64,000 nucleotides of DNA from Monocercomonoides exilis PA203. Lineage: Eukaryota; Protista; Preaxostyla. The notes beneath the pieces are model-generated. The model saw only the letters and a list, made by a program, of their open reading frames with translations. It was not told the origin of the DNA and searched no databases. Every line of letters starts with the position of its first letter. Position 1 is the stretch's first letter. The stretch spans positions 434,001 to 498,000 of the forward strand of contig LSRY02000005.1 of the NCBI GenBank assembly GCA_001643675.2. The letters run 5' to 3'. Position numbers and translations under genes: made by a program. Positions 51,421 through 64,000 of the stretch are shown piece by piece.

Positions 51421-53572
51421 TATTTCATCATTTCTCAACTGCAATATCAACAGAATTTTACAGTTTGAATCTTTGGGAATAAAACTCTGTAGTGCTTTTA
51501 TTTTGTCAGTCATTTTTTTGAAAATTAAAGCGCTTGAATCATATTTTGTTTCCAAAATTTCGATTAAAACATTTTATTTTTTATTTTATTTCTATTTCTA
51601 TTTTTGTATTTTTCACGATTGTTTTTTTGACTATTTTTTGTGCAAATATTTTTATTCCTAAAAAACAAATGCAAAATTTCAATTTTTTTAATTTTTTATT
51701 AAATTTATAATATTTTTTACCAATGCACCAAAAATAATTCTAATTGAGAATTTTTGCAATAAAAATGACAATTATGAATTTTTTAAAAAAGACACAATTT
51801 CAATATTACATATACATATACTGCAAAGCTAATTAAAAAGCGCAATCCATTTTGCATGATTCTTTGAAAAAATCACTAAACAATTATTTCCGAAATTGGT
51901 TTTTCAAAGAAAAAAATTAATTATAGGTTTTTTATGGTATAAATTTTTTATTTCGAAAAATATCAAAATCCATCGTTTGAAATCGGTTTTTCTATTTTTT
52001 TTCATTGCACTTCATTTTGTGCGTTGATGCAAAAAGTAACAATTTCAAGAAATTTTGAAATTTTTAAAAATGACTGATAATTATCCATTATGGTTTTTTG
52101 AACAAGATTATTTGTGACCTTGATGACAAGATATGTTTTCAAAACCTTGCTTTTTTGTATGTGAGATTTTTCATTTTTTTGTCACACGGGTGATTATTTT
52201 CGAAATTATTACTTTTTTCAGTGAAAACATTATTCAAAGGCTTTTGTTTCAAAAAAGAGATTTTGAATTCAAACGTAAAATTCATCAAAACTGTTTCATT
52301 AACAACTGTTTGAGTTGAAATAAAGATGCAAATATCTTTAATCAACCTTTTCACTTTTCAATGTTCATTTGTCAACATTTAAACCAAAAGAATTAACGAC
52401 AAAAAAAAGTTGTCGAAATATGAATTCAAAAACAATTTGAGAAAAAAAAACAATTAATGAAAAACAACGGTGGACTTTATCAACAACTGTGGGCAGTGGT
52501 GTCATCTCAACAGCAGACGATTATCGTGTTTCAACAATTAGTTTTATTATAAATTCAGCAAGCTTTAACACTTGCTTCTCACAGAAATGAAACATCTTCT
52601 CTTACGATATTTGAAAAAAAGCATTAATGCATTTTTAAAAAAACTCAGAGATAAAAGGTTCTCCAAGATTTTCGAATATAAAATATAAATAAATAAATTG
52701 TAATTTTCTGAATGGATCAAAACATTGCATTAATTTGAGATAATGTTTTTTCTAATGATGATGTTTGATTATTTAATTCATGAATTATTAGAGAAAAAGT
52801 TACGCACTCACAATGAACTCATTTGCATCATTTCCTTAAACAATTTTTGTTTCATTACTATTTGAATAATAATAAGAGTTAAAAACAATAAAAAAAAGAA
52901 TTAAACTAATTAGAAAAACGAAATTCACTAAAATGTAATCACTGTAAATGTATTTATGAATAAAGAATGACTACTGATTGAAATAAATGCTACTATGAAG
53001 TGGATATATGATATACTTTGAGAAATATAATTAACAAGCAATGAAAAATGAACTGAACTACAACTATGATATCATAATAAAACAATACATAATAATAGAT
53101 AATTATATAATAATGACATAATACGCGTTTGGAGCTGGTTTTCTGACTAATTAATACAGTTTCCACTTGTTCTCAACTGAAGCTTTGGTGAATGAAACAA
53201 CAAGATTAGTTGAATCCTCTTTCACTAACAGCGAATATTTCTGCAACAATAGTTCACTAACTCCATAAAAATAACAAACAAAATTCTTTTTAAAACTATG
53301 AACAAAACATTATTGATTGTTTCATATGTACAATCTCTATGAGTTAAACTACTCGAAAACACTCCAAATATGTTAAAGACTCATTAAAGGAAGATAAGTG
53401 ACAATTTCAAAACAATACATCAATGAAGAAACAATTTTTTTTCCAGTGACCATGATATTGAAGAGGCCAAAAATTCACTCTGATATTTGCTAATACGTCA
53501 AAGATATTTCTAAAAACAATAACTACTAAGTTGATCCTAATTGTACAGAAAAAAAGAAGACATCTCATTTGC

Positions 53573-56500
53573 TTATTTCCAACTTTTTTCATTGCCCGTT
53601 GGATCGTGTAAATCTGAATGAGGAGATGAATCTACCAAATTAGGGTCAGTGGACGAGCAGGACGAGGGAGGAGGCGGATGGATGGCAGTGTTTGTAACAG
53701 AAGAGTCTTGAGAAATTGAATGCTGTGAAGAGGATATTAACGCAGCAGAAGCAGGGCTAGACAAACTTGGTTGTGGACTTTGCTCTGCATTGAACGAAAC
53801 TAAATTGTGATTTGATGAGTCATTCTTTAAAGATGCATTTGGAGATGATGGAGTCTCCGTGAAAGATTGCTGTGAAGGCGGTGAGGATTGTAAAGATTGT
53901 AAAGATTGTAAAGATTGTGACTGCCCGCCGAACGAAGAAGCTTCAGCATGGGAATTGTTCGAAACACTTTTTGAGGTCATTTGAGCAGCTGTTGAGCCTC
54001 TCCGACTTCCAGTTCCGAACATGTCAGAGATTGGCAGCATCTGCAAAAAGGAAGAAGGATAGGGAAAAAACGAAGAAGTGACTAAATTATGAGCATCAGC
54101 ATAATCATGTTCGGGTGCAAGGTGGAGTGTTGGGCTATACGAAAATGAGACTAAAGAGGAGTCTGTCAGAGCAAGTGGCGGAGACAGCAATTGAGTGAAA
54201 TACTTCTTGTCGCCTGGCAAAGACGGCGATGAATTCGAAGAAGAGAGCGAGCGGTCTGAGGGTGGAACCAACGCAAACGTGGGTGAATCATATGTCTGCA
54301 CATTCTGAGAAGTGTTGGACAGAGCAAGTTGCGTGGAAGTGATGGGCGATAAGCTCATTGGAAGCCCTAACAACGGACTGCTGGAGAATGTTGGAGAAGT
54401 AAAGTCCTGATCAATTCCTGAGCCATCCATCGGCAATGAAGGGTTCCTAAAGTGCGAAGAAAACAGACTTTTTGTTGTTGTCTCACTCGTTTCTGTTTTT
54501 TGGCTCTTTTTCGGATTGCTGAGTGTTGCAAGCAACTCCATAGTCGAAAAAATGTGCATTTCTTCGCTATCATCTTGCTTTGAAGACTGTGAAGGCGAAG
54601 GATGTGAAGGTGAAGCAGCTGTGCTTCCATCAGGGGACAACTTCAAAGCTAAAGAGTCTTCATGCTGAGAAGTCGAGCCAACAGAACATGATTGAATATT
54701 TGACTGAATGAGCTGTGCCAGCTGTTGAAGTTCGGTTGAGGATAGCGATTTCAAACCTCCTTCAAACAAGGAATGCACATAATTCATATCTTTCCCATCT
54801 TTTTTATCTTTCTCGTCAATCTCATCTTGTTGTTCTTGTGCTAAACTTTCATCATTTTTCTTAAAGCGCTCTTCTTTGCTTCCTTCAGAAAGCAACTGAA
54901 ACGGGACTTGTGTGAATATTGTGCCATTAACCGGATCAAGACTGCCTGTTGTGCTAATGCTGTTCTCTGAAAATGCCATTCCATTTCTCAACTTTGTTGC
55001 CAGAGACTGCGTCTCGTGGCTCAAAGACTGTCTGAAAATGCCATCATCACCAATGCTCCTGTCTCTTGGAGAGGAGATGCTCGAGTCATCAGCTGTGATT
55101 CTGCCACTTGCAAACAACTCAGTGTCTTCTGCAGATGCATCAGCATGTCCCGTTTTGTTGTCTCTATCGCCTTCCAAATCGATTGTTTGAAAAGGAAGCG
55201 AATGCATAAACAAGCGCGGGCTGTATTCGCTAATGTTGCGCATTCCGTTTGCCAATGTGCTGTCCAAAGAATCGCTGCGGATAAAGTCAGAAAAGAACGC
55301 TGATTCTGAAGGGCTTGACAACTGGCCATTGTGCTTATGACTGTTGTCCATACACTGCTTTGTAATAGTTGAGATACTGATGGAATTCTGAAATGACTTA
55401 GAAGAATCTAATAAAGATGCACAAGGAGGAGGAGGTGAAGAAGTGGATGTTGAAGAGGAATTGAAAGAAGAAGAAGAAGATGAGGAGGAGGAAGAAGAAG
55501 AGGAGGAATTATAAGTTGTTGATAATGGAGGTGAAGTTGACGATGGAAATGAAGATGAAGAAAACGAAGAAGAAGGAAATGAAGAACTAGGAAATGAAGA
55601 AGAAGCAGAAGAGGAAGAGGAAGAAGAAGAAGAAGAAGAAGCAGAAGAAGACGCCAATGGTGATATCAGTGGAGACTGTTCTGTGTGATCTGAGGAAGAA
55701 CGTGAGATCCCTGATGCAGCATCAGACGATACATACGATCGAGTGAATGGAGGAAATAAAGACGAATATGAGTCTATGCCAGAAATGCTTCTCCGCACAG
55801 TGCCTGCAGACAGAGGTGTTTTTATATCTACATACTTTACTGCGTCTGAGGCAGGCTGCTTGGAAAGCGAAGGTGGTGGCGGGAGAGGAAGATTCGGCGG
55901 AAATGAAGAAGGGCTGATGTGAGAAGGGCTTTGGTGTGTAGATTGTATAGACAGCAAAGGTTGTATAGGTTGTATAGGTTGTATAGGCTGTGTGGGGTGA
56001 ATGAGTTGATTGGGGTGACTAGAAGGGTGTATGGGTGTATGCTTTGTGAACGTGTTGGTGTATGAGTGATCGGCGGTGGGTGAGAAAGGAGGGGCTGTGT
56101 CTGAATGAGTGGAAGATGCCTTCACACTCGCCAGATTCTGACTCGAAGCGTCGGCTGCTGAAGAAGCGCTGAACGGAGACGGTGCGGACACACTTGGTAT
56201 GGGCGATTGTTCAGGCAGAGGCAGGTTGGGCTCAGCCGACGGCGGCTTGGGCGGAAGAGGAGGGAAAGGGGGTGAAGGGAGGGTTCTTCGGAAAACACAA
56301 GAAGAGGAGGGTGTTGACAAAGACGCCGCCTTCGAGTTTTTCTCTGACGAATAGTGGCTGGCAGCACTGGTCGAGGAATAGTGCGAGAATGAGTCTGAAT
56401 TTGTGTCTGTGTCCTTTTTGCTAGCTGCACCTTGCTTTTGACTCGAAGAGTCGCTCAGATTGAAACTTGGGTGCCTTGTGAAGGAGTGTGGAGAGGTTGT

Positions 56501-57347
56501 ATATGAATGCGAAGAGGCTGATCCGATGAATGAAGAAGAGTTCGTATAAGAAGAAGAAGAAGAAATAGAAGAAATAGAAGAAATAGAAGAAGAAGAAGAT
56601 GATGAGGAGGAGGAGGAGGAAGATGAAGAGGAAGAAGAGATAGAGTTTGGTGACAGCAAAGCAGGTGTAGTTCTGTTTTGTTCAGCTGCTTTGTCTGTGT
56701 CAGGCAGCTCAATTGGATGCGGAGTGGCTGTGTGTTTGTGATACGCAGCTTCGATGGGGGGTGCTGGGAGCGGAGGGAGTGGGAGAGGGAAGGAAGAGGC
56801 GCTGCGTAAAGAAGACGTGCGTTCATTGGGAGCATTCGATACAGAAGAATCTGAAATATTCAGCTGCGTATAAGACGCTGGAAGTAAAGGCTTGTTGTCC
56901 AAAAGCGAGGAAGACTGATTCATTTCATGTGGATGCAACGAAAGACGGTTGTGTGGATAAGGCTCTGCTAATTGCTGGCCATATGGCTGGTTGTATTGGA
57001 GATGAGGGGCACGTGCTTGAGAATAAGCAAATGGCGCAGCAGATGCGAAGGTATTGCTGTTGCTTGCAGGCTGAACGGTGCTGCTTTGATAAATCGATGA
57101 AGACGTGATTGTTGGGAAGGGTAAAGACCCAAGACGAGTTGATTGTGAAGAAGAAGAAGAAGAAGAAGAAGTTGATGATGATGATGAAGACGAAGAAGAA
57201 GAAGAAGATGAAGAAGAAGATGGAGTAGAATAACTGCCTGGAAATATTGATGGATATAAAGAAGTGGTTGCAGAAGAAGAAGAAGAAGAAGAAGAAGAAG
57301 AAGGCAAATGCGCAAGAGATGCCACAGCAGAACTCTGAGGTTTCTGA

Positions 57348-57378
<31 letters not shown>

Positions 57379-59690
57379 AAGAAGAAGAAGAGGTAGAGGA
57401 AGAATAAGATGACTGATAAACAAATGCTGAGCTGGGAAGAGACGATGAAAGTTGACCAGGCCGTTCGGGCAATGGAAAAGATTTGAGATCGTTTCCAAAG
57501 TAATCAGCAGCAGCAGAAGAAGAAAAAGAAGAGGAAGAAGAAGAAAGAGGAGGAAGAGGAGGATATTGACTCTGCTTCAAATAATTCGCGTCGTTCAGTG
57601 GTGGATAAATCTGCTTGTTTCCCTGTGGATAATACTGCTGCTGCTGCTGCTGCTGTTGTTGTTGTTGTCTCATATTTCCCACTCGAAGTGCTGTCTGTTC
57701 TCTCTGTGCCAGCTGTGTGTGTGGCAGAAGAGCTGTGTTTGTTCCACCCACACGCTGCGGCGAAGGCAGTGAGTGTTTCCGAGAAAAGCTATCAGATCCG
57801 TCCAGATAAGAAAAATGGTGTTCAGACAGCACAATCGAAGGGGGTTGGGTGTGGCGCTCTTGGATGAGCGGTGCAGGGCGAAGAGAACGCGCTTTCGGAC
57901 GGGCGAGGGAAGGCGGGTGAGTTGAGAGAAGCGCTCTGAGAGGAAGCGGAGGAGGAGGCGCAAAAGTTGGCAGGGTTCCGCCGTCTGCCTGTGGAATGAT
58001 GGTGAACGACGCGAAATGGATGGTGTCACTCGAAGAGAGAGAAGAATAGGCGCCTTTCTGTGTCTTGCTGGTAGCGGGCTGAGGTGAATCAGAAAATGGA
58101 CTGGGCTGAGGAGACAGAGAAGGCTGACGAAATGTGTCTGAGTTGTTTGTGTTTGAAGAGGAAGAGGAAGAGGAAGAGGAAGAGGAAGAGGAAGAGGAAG
58201 AAGGAGAAGAAGGAGAAGAGGCGCACGTGGAATCTCTGCCGAGAGGCGGTGTTGACAAAAGCGGCGGAGATGAAGACACCGCATGCCTAGTGGGTGACAT
58301 GGGCAGTGATGGATGAGCTGCAGATGACGATGCCTTCTCAGAAGCACCAGACGAAGAAGGCCGAGTCAACGTGCTGCTTTCCTGTTCTGTGGAGGGATGC
58401 GCTTGAGAGGGATGCTCCAGCAGCTGGCAGCTTCCTTCTTCATTGGCATCTCTTTCTGTCTTCGACGCTGTCATCACAAGCGCAGAGGAAGACAGTATAA
58501 CCAGAGGTTTTTCAGTCTGCTGCTTCAAATCGCGCAGATGGTACATTACATCCACCCCTTTGACGATATACTTGCTGGCGCCCTGGAAGGCTGCCATATA
58601 TGTTGTCTGGTGGGGCACGAATATTTAGAAACCAAAAGTAACATTCAGAATGAATAGCATATTAAAAATTATTAATTAAAATAAAAATCTATTTCAAAAA
58701 ACAAAAGTCAAAATTATAAAAGCACACAATCTGTCCGAGCGGGGTGAGGGGAAATTCAACTATGCCCCCATAAACCGTTCCTCTAAACATTGTCGGTATT
58801 AAATTCACTTTGGGGCACACGATCTTTTCGTTTGGAGTATCTTTTTCAATCACTACAGAAAAATGACTTGCAAGTATTTCCTCATTCTCTTCTGTTGAAA
58901 GCTCTAATAGATGATTTAAATCAAACTCAAGAAGAAGTGCATTTACAAATGAATTTATATGCAAGGGTTTGAATAAAAAGTCATCTCCCCTTAAATGTTT
59001 GAATTCGATAAGCCTGCCGTCGTCTTTCGTTGTAAGATTTGTTTGAAAATATGCAACATTTTCTTCTGGATAATATTCTACAGAGAGAACATGCTCCAAA
59101 TTTCTAGAGAATATTAGTTGAAATTAACAGAAATGGAATTTAAAGCAAGAATGAAAAAATAATTTTTTAATAAAAGAAAAAAAAGATAAACATAAGTTCC
59201 TGAATTGTTGTTTCAGGTAGAAGATTTTGAGCTTTCCAATATTCCTTTCTCCTTTCAGGCGAGAAAAATATAGTATCTTTATCATGAATAAAAATCAGTA
59301 TTTTAAAAGCAAAAAATCAACAAACTTTCAAGTTCTTCTGTTTCGCCAAAGTTCTTCGATTTTCAGAACAAATTCATAAAAGGCAATCAAACAATTCAAA
59401 AGGTAGTTAAATTCAAAATAAAAAACATAAGTTTACACACAAATGACCGGGCTTTTGCAAAACGATAAGCATCTTCATATGTACAAAATGTCACAAATCC
59501 TGAAGTGTGTTGGGAATTACCATGATCCCTCTGTAGAATATTTACAGAAACAATATTTGCACGTCTTGAAAGCACATCAGCTATTTCCGCTTGGGTCTTT
59601 TGTGACAAAATCATAAAATGGAGGATCTCTAAACAAAAATAGCATCTCACTGAAAATATATAAAAAGTACGCATCTTTCATACTAGTATC
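53573..59690 (-). CDS. Multi-exon protein with an N-terminal RRM-like domain and a ~1600-aa Ser/Pro/Gln-rich disordered region
   Basis: The exon near 59440-59630 reads IVSVNILQRD..TSGFVTFCTYEDAYRF (RNP1-like). Further exons at ~59105-58729 and 58625 onward (1681-aa ORF). Both ends are approximate. Confidence 0.68.
57348..57392 (+). repeat. (GAA)n microsatellite encoding poly-Ser on the minus strand
   Basis: Visible tandem repeat; several similar runs occur at 55460-55650, 57147-57300 and 58156-58200. Confidence 0.85.
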
Positions 59691-59823
59691 CAACTTTGAA
59701 GAACAAGAAAAATCCATAAAAATAGATTTAAAAAGAAAAAAAAGTTGAACACTTAAGATCTTGACCTTATTATTATTTATTATGTGTATAATTTGATTTT
59801 GTCACATAGAAATAATTGTTGAA

Positions 59824-60932
59824 ATGGCTTCTTTGCTTGCACATTCAAAGCTATTCAATAGGAAATTACTTATTGGAATGGTTCATGTTCATGCTCTTCC
59901 CGGGACCCCAGCTAATCGAGAAGATTTAAGTGAGATAATAAAAATTGCTGTTGAAGAGGCAAAGCTTCTTGAAGCTTCTGGTTTTGATATGGTTGCAATT
60001 GAAAATATGCACGACACTCCATATCTTAAAAGAACAGTTGGACCTGAAATCGTTGCTTCAATGACTGCAGTGTGTGTTGCGGTTAGGCAAGCAATTAAGA
60101 TTCCTTTTGGTATGTCTGCAGTTAGCTCGAGCTTTATTCATTATTTTTCGTGACAGGATTGCAAATTCTTGCTGGAGCAAATAAAGAAGCTATTTCAGTT
60201 GCTTTAGCTTCTGGAGCCTGTTTTGTGAGGTGCGAAGGTTTTGTGTTTTCCACAGTTGCTGACGAAGGGATAATGGATTCTGATGCTGGGTATTTAAATT
60301 CTTTATAAATTCCATATTTTGCAAATATCTTTAAAAAAATTTATTTACAGTGAGTTGTTGAGATACCGTCATATGATTGGAGCTGATCATATTACAATAT
60401 TTGCCGATATTAAAAAGAAGCATAGCAGTCATTCTTTGACTTCAGATCTTAATATAGTTGATATTGCACACGCTGCTCATTTTTACAGTGTGAACTTCTT
60501 CAAAATATGTTTATCAGGATTCATTGTTCATAATTCATTATTTGTCGCTTCAACATTTCTTAGGATGTGATGGAGTTATTGTAACTGGAAATTCGACAGG
60601 ACTTCCTGCCAGTCCAGAAGAAACAAAAGCAGTCAAAGACGCTTTGAAAAATACTGATGTGAAAGTTTTAATCGGCTCTGGGTATGAGTTGAATTTTTGT
60701 GGCAATCAATCAAGACTTTTATAATAATTTTAATATTAAAATATATGAATGCATTCGACCAAATAACACCGTCAGTATCACACCGTCAAACCTTCACGAG
60801 TATTGGGATTCTGCAGATGCATTTATTGTTGGAAGCTACTTCAAAAAAGGAGGATTCTGGGAAAATCCGATTGATCCTGAAAGAGCGGCTGAACTTGTCA
60901 AAGCTGCCAACGCGCTTCGAGAAAAGGAATGA
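59824..60932 (+). CDS. BtpA/SgcQ-family TIM-barrel protein, 5 exons
   Basis: IGMVHVHALPGTP, IENMHDTPY, PFGLQILAGAN, FVRCEGFVF..DEG, IFADIKKKHSSH, DGVIVTGNSTG, VLIGSGIT, ADAFIVGSYFKKGGFWENPIDPER. Four GT-AG introns splice in frame (first: 60110-60156). Confidence 0.93.
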
Positions 60933-61861
60933 AGTATAAAGATAATTGCCTGACACTTCAGCCTTGCTTTAGAAGTGGCATTTTCTCTTTTGCACAAATG
61001 TAATTATTTATAACGCTGTTATGAGACCAAATTGATTTATGCACATTGTGTAATTTTTCATTGAAATATGTTGTTTTGTTGTAATTGATTTATTTCTCTG
61101 CTTGAAATACAAAGAATTTCTACTAGAAACGCTATTTTTCTTTAATTAACGAAAACTGTTTATGCTTTTGGAAAAAAAAAATAAATGATATTTGAGCAAA
61201 ATTCTTTCATTTGTGAAAAAAACAACAATTTTGTTCCAAACTTTTTCAACAACCTTATCATGAGAAATCTTTCATTCTCATATCAAAAAAACATTGGAAA
61301 ATTTTCAAAATTGAGAAATTAATTTAATGTGCAGAATTGAACAAAATTAAAAAGCAAAAAAAATCCCACCATATGAAAACCTTTGCGAATGAGAATAATA
61401 CAGGCATAAAAGAATTCAAATAATTTCTCTCCAAAGTGAGTGTATGTATTTTTTATCTGTTTGAATAGACAATCAAAGAGTGAATTTTTTTTTTGAAAGT
61501 TTTGTGAAAATTTAAATAAAAGTCGAAGAAAAAGAAGAGTGGATCGTAATATAGCAATATATGTGTGCTTTTCTATTATTTTTAAATTAATATGCTGTTT
61601 TATTTGTTTAAAGACGAACAAAAATATTATTGTTTAATTAATATTATTATTTCTAAAATAAATTTCGACAAATGTGTTTGAATTATTTTGATTTATTGCG
61701 CGAACCTTCAATCTTTCTTCTTTTTCTTCTCAATTATTTTATGAGTTAATCAAATATTTTTTTGAAACCATTATTACTTTATTTAATTCAGATTTTTGTG
61801 AATTACGCTTTTATTACTTACTTGTCGATATAATTCACAGTAGAAAATTTTTCTTTTTTGA

Positions 61862-64000
61862 ATGGGAAATGTAATGAATAGAGAAGAAGCCTTAAAAATT
61901 GTCCACAATGAACTGGAAATTGAACCACTTTTTTTCTATCCTATATCTGGACATAAAAGCGATTACGAGTTCTATTGCGAGGTATTAATATTACAAAATG
62001 TTTTTATTTTTGTTTTATTGAATGTTTTCTCAGTTTAAGGAGAATAGAACTTTTAAAGAAGTTATTGACAAACATTTTTTCAGTACTTTTTCCATGTTAT
62101 CAGACACGGTTTCATTTGGAAATCCGTTGCGTACGATTATAGGACTATATGAAAAGCAAAATGTACTCGAAGAGATTAAATTATTGTTTGTCTTTAAAAG
62201 CGTTAAAGGCTCAAGATATTGATTTTTTGATTTCTTCTTAGATTTCCAAAAGAAACAATCAAAAATGATTTGCACACAAGTACTGTAGAAGGACTTGTGC
62301 AAGTGCTTATTCATCCTTGCATATATTTTAAATCTATACTATACCAACGCCAACTTATAAATGATAATTCTACTTTAAGTTGTGCCTTAAAACAAAGAAC
62401 AGTTGAACAGACAAATAGCAAATATTTATTTGACGAAGACAATAAACATTTTAGAAGGTTTAATTTCTTGAAAGAGACTATATGGGGAATTGTTGAATGT
62501 TCTGAGTGGGTTCTAACACTTAGTGAACCAACTTATTTTAACTTGTGGAATGTGATGCATTGTTCGAGAACCATCATTTCTGATAGCCTACTTTCTGCTA
62601 TGTCAGATTCTAGTTTAATTGGACTGAGTATATGCGGAATGGGAGAAGATTGCTTGATGGAAAATAGTATTGAAAAATTCGACGAAAAATGCACTGAAAG
62701 AAATAATGAGTTATTTAAAGATTCGAATAGAGAGAAGAGATATGAGATAGGAATGCATCTTGGAAGAAGATGGGGAGGTTCAGGAGCATCTTCTATTTTC
62801 GTCAACAGAGTCTTCAACGATTTCAGTAATTCAGATTTTTCAAAAAGGACCAATATCTTGCAGACTTCTTCGATCGGAGCAGACGCGCCAACTGCTGAAG
62901 GAACAACGACAAAAGTTCATCTTGTATCGTATGCAAAACAAAGAGTTTCTCCATTTGCAGCAGATGTAACTCAAAACGAATCCACTTCACAGAAATTGAA
63001 TACTCGAATTCCATCTACAGAACCTCCTCTTGTTAGCAGCATGCCATCTGCCATTCCTTTGCAAAATCAATTTTCCGAGCCAACAAGTTTACGTTCAGCC
63101 TCACCAGCAATTGGAAGAGAACACAGGACCAGCGTTGAAGAAGGTGAGCTTCGCATTAGCACCACACTGGGTAGCGGCAGCGGAGCAGTGGCTGTTAACA
63201 CATTGCCAATGACGACAATTGTGAAAGGGTCTTTGCTGAAGTCCAAGAGCGATGAGCGGAGAAGCAGCATAAACACCAACAGCAGTAGTGGAACACACTT
63301 TGCAATTAATACAGTCTCGGAAAAGATGAGGAGGAAGGCAAAAGCAAGCGGAAGAGTGCAATCAAAACAAATTAGCATGAACACTGGAACATATTTCGCG
63401 GGAACTGGAACAACTCTCCAATCTGATTCAAGCAGTAAAGAACAAATATCGCCTTTTGCGAGGGAGTCTGCATATTCAGGTCAAACTGCTCCATACTCAC
63501 ATCGCGTCTCTGACGCTTCGTCAACTTCTTTTCTTATTCAGAATCAGGAAGCTGAAACAAGCTTGGAATTGAAATCCTCGGGAGTATCGTCCTTATCACC
63601 CTCAATGAATTCTACCATTCAGTCGTATACCAGCAGCAAAGAAACAAATACTTTGCCAACAGATCCATCGCCACTTTCAGCGATTTCAATTTCGTCTCAG
63701 GTTCATCCCCAATCACCAATGAACCAAACGCTTGCTCCAACTGATCAATCAGCAACATTACCGTCTGTAAACAGTTATGGAGAGGACACACATCCAACTG
63801 CTTTTCCTTCATCCACAACATCACACCATCATCTCCATAAGCCATTTGGCATGCTAAATCGATGGCACGAGGCAAGAGAAGGAAGAAAAACGAAGGGAAA
63901 GGAAAAAATTTGGGGCGGTGAATATCTCAAAATGATTCCAGATCTTCAAGAATCGAAAAGAAGTCAAAGCAAACGAGCCAATATGCTATCAACAGGAGCT
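61862..64000 (+). CDS. Hypothetical protein, truncated at the right edge
   Basis: Small exons at ~61862-61981 and from ~62033. An open frame then runs from ~62290 to the window end (KETIWGIVECSEWVL..GMHLGRRWGGSG..); it is missing from the ORF track because it has no stop in the window. Confidence 0.65.

Noticed and set aside
51550-53500. Further degenerate repeats or extra exons in the AT-rich gap
   Set aside because: Only short, weak matches and stop-interrupted coding-like pieces; boundaries cannot be defined.
36866-60932. A single laterally transferred island comprising hemerythrin, acyltransferase and BtpA
   Set aside because: The genes lie outside the transposon ends, contain spliceosomal introns or eukaryotic fusions, and are interleaved with native genes; there is no evidence of joint transfer.
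1-64000. CRISPR array, tRNA or rRNA genes
   Set aside because: No repeat-spacer periodicity or recognisable structural-RNA motifs were seen by eye; a tRNAscan-SE or Infernal run would be needed to exclude small RNAs.

Overview
Eukaryotic, intron-containing, AT-rich genomic DNA in the standard genetic code. The gene style (Ser/Glu/Lys low-complexity proteins, GTTTGT/GTATGT donors, giant beta-helix receptor pseudokinases) suggests an anaerobic oxymonad such as Monocercomonoides; this is an inference. Housekeeping or conserved genes: a divergent B-type cyclin, ribosomal protein eL27, a BCD1/ZNHIT6-like HIT zinc-finger protein, a BtpA/SgcQ-family protein and an RRM protein. Accessory genes: two head-to-head single-pass receptors with dead tyrosine-kinase-like domains, a multi-pass membrane protein ending in a complete hemerythrin domain (candidate O2 sensor) and a bacterial-type acyltransferase-3. 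The clearest structure is a three-level transposon nest at 42.3-50.9 kb. A ~390-bp MITE is split by an 8.2-kb hAT element with 16-bp TIRs, an 8-bp TSD, an apparently intact spliced transposase and a decayed second gene. That second gene is interrupted by a 1.9-kb TA-flanked foldback element with ~825-bp arms. A Tc1-like MITE follows at 51.06 kb. No tRNA, rRNA or CRISPR array was recognised. Exon boundaries were read by eye.
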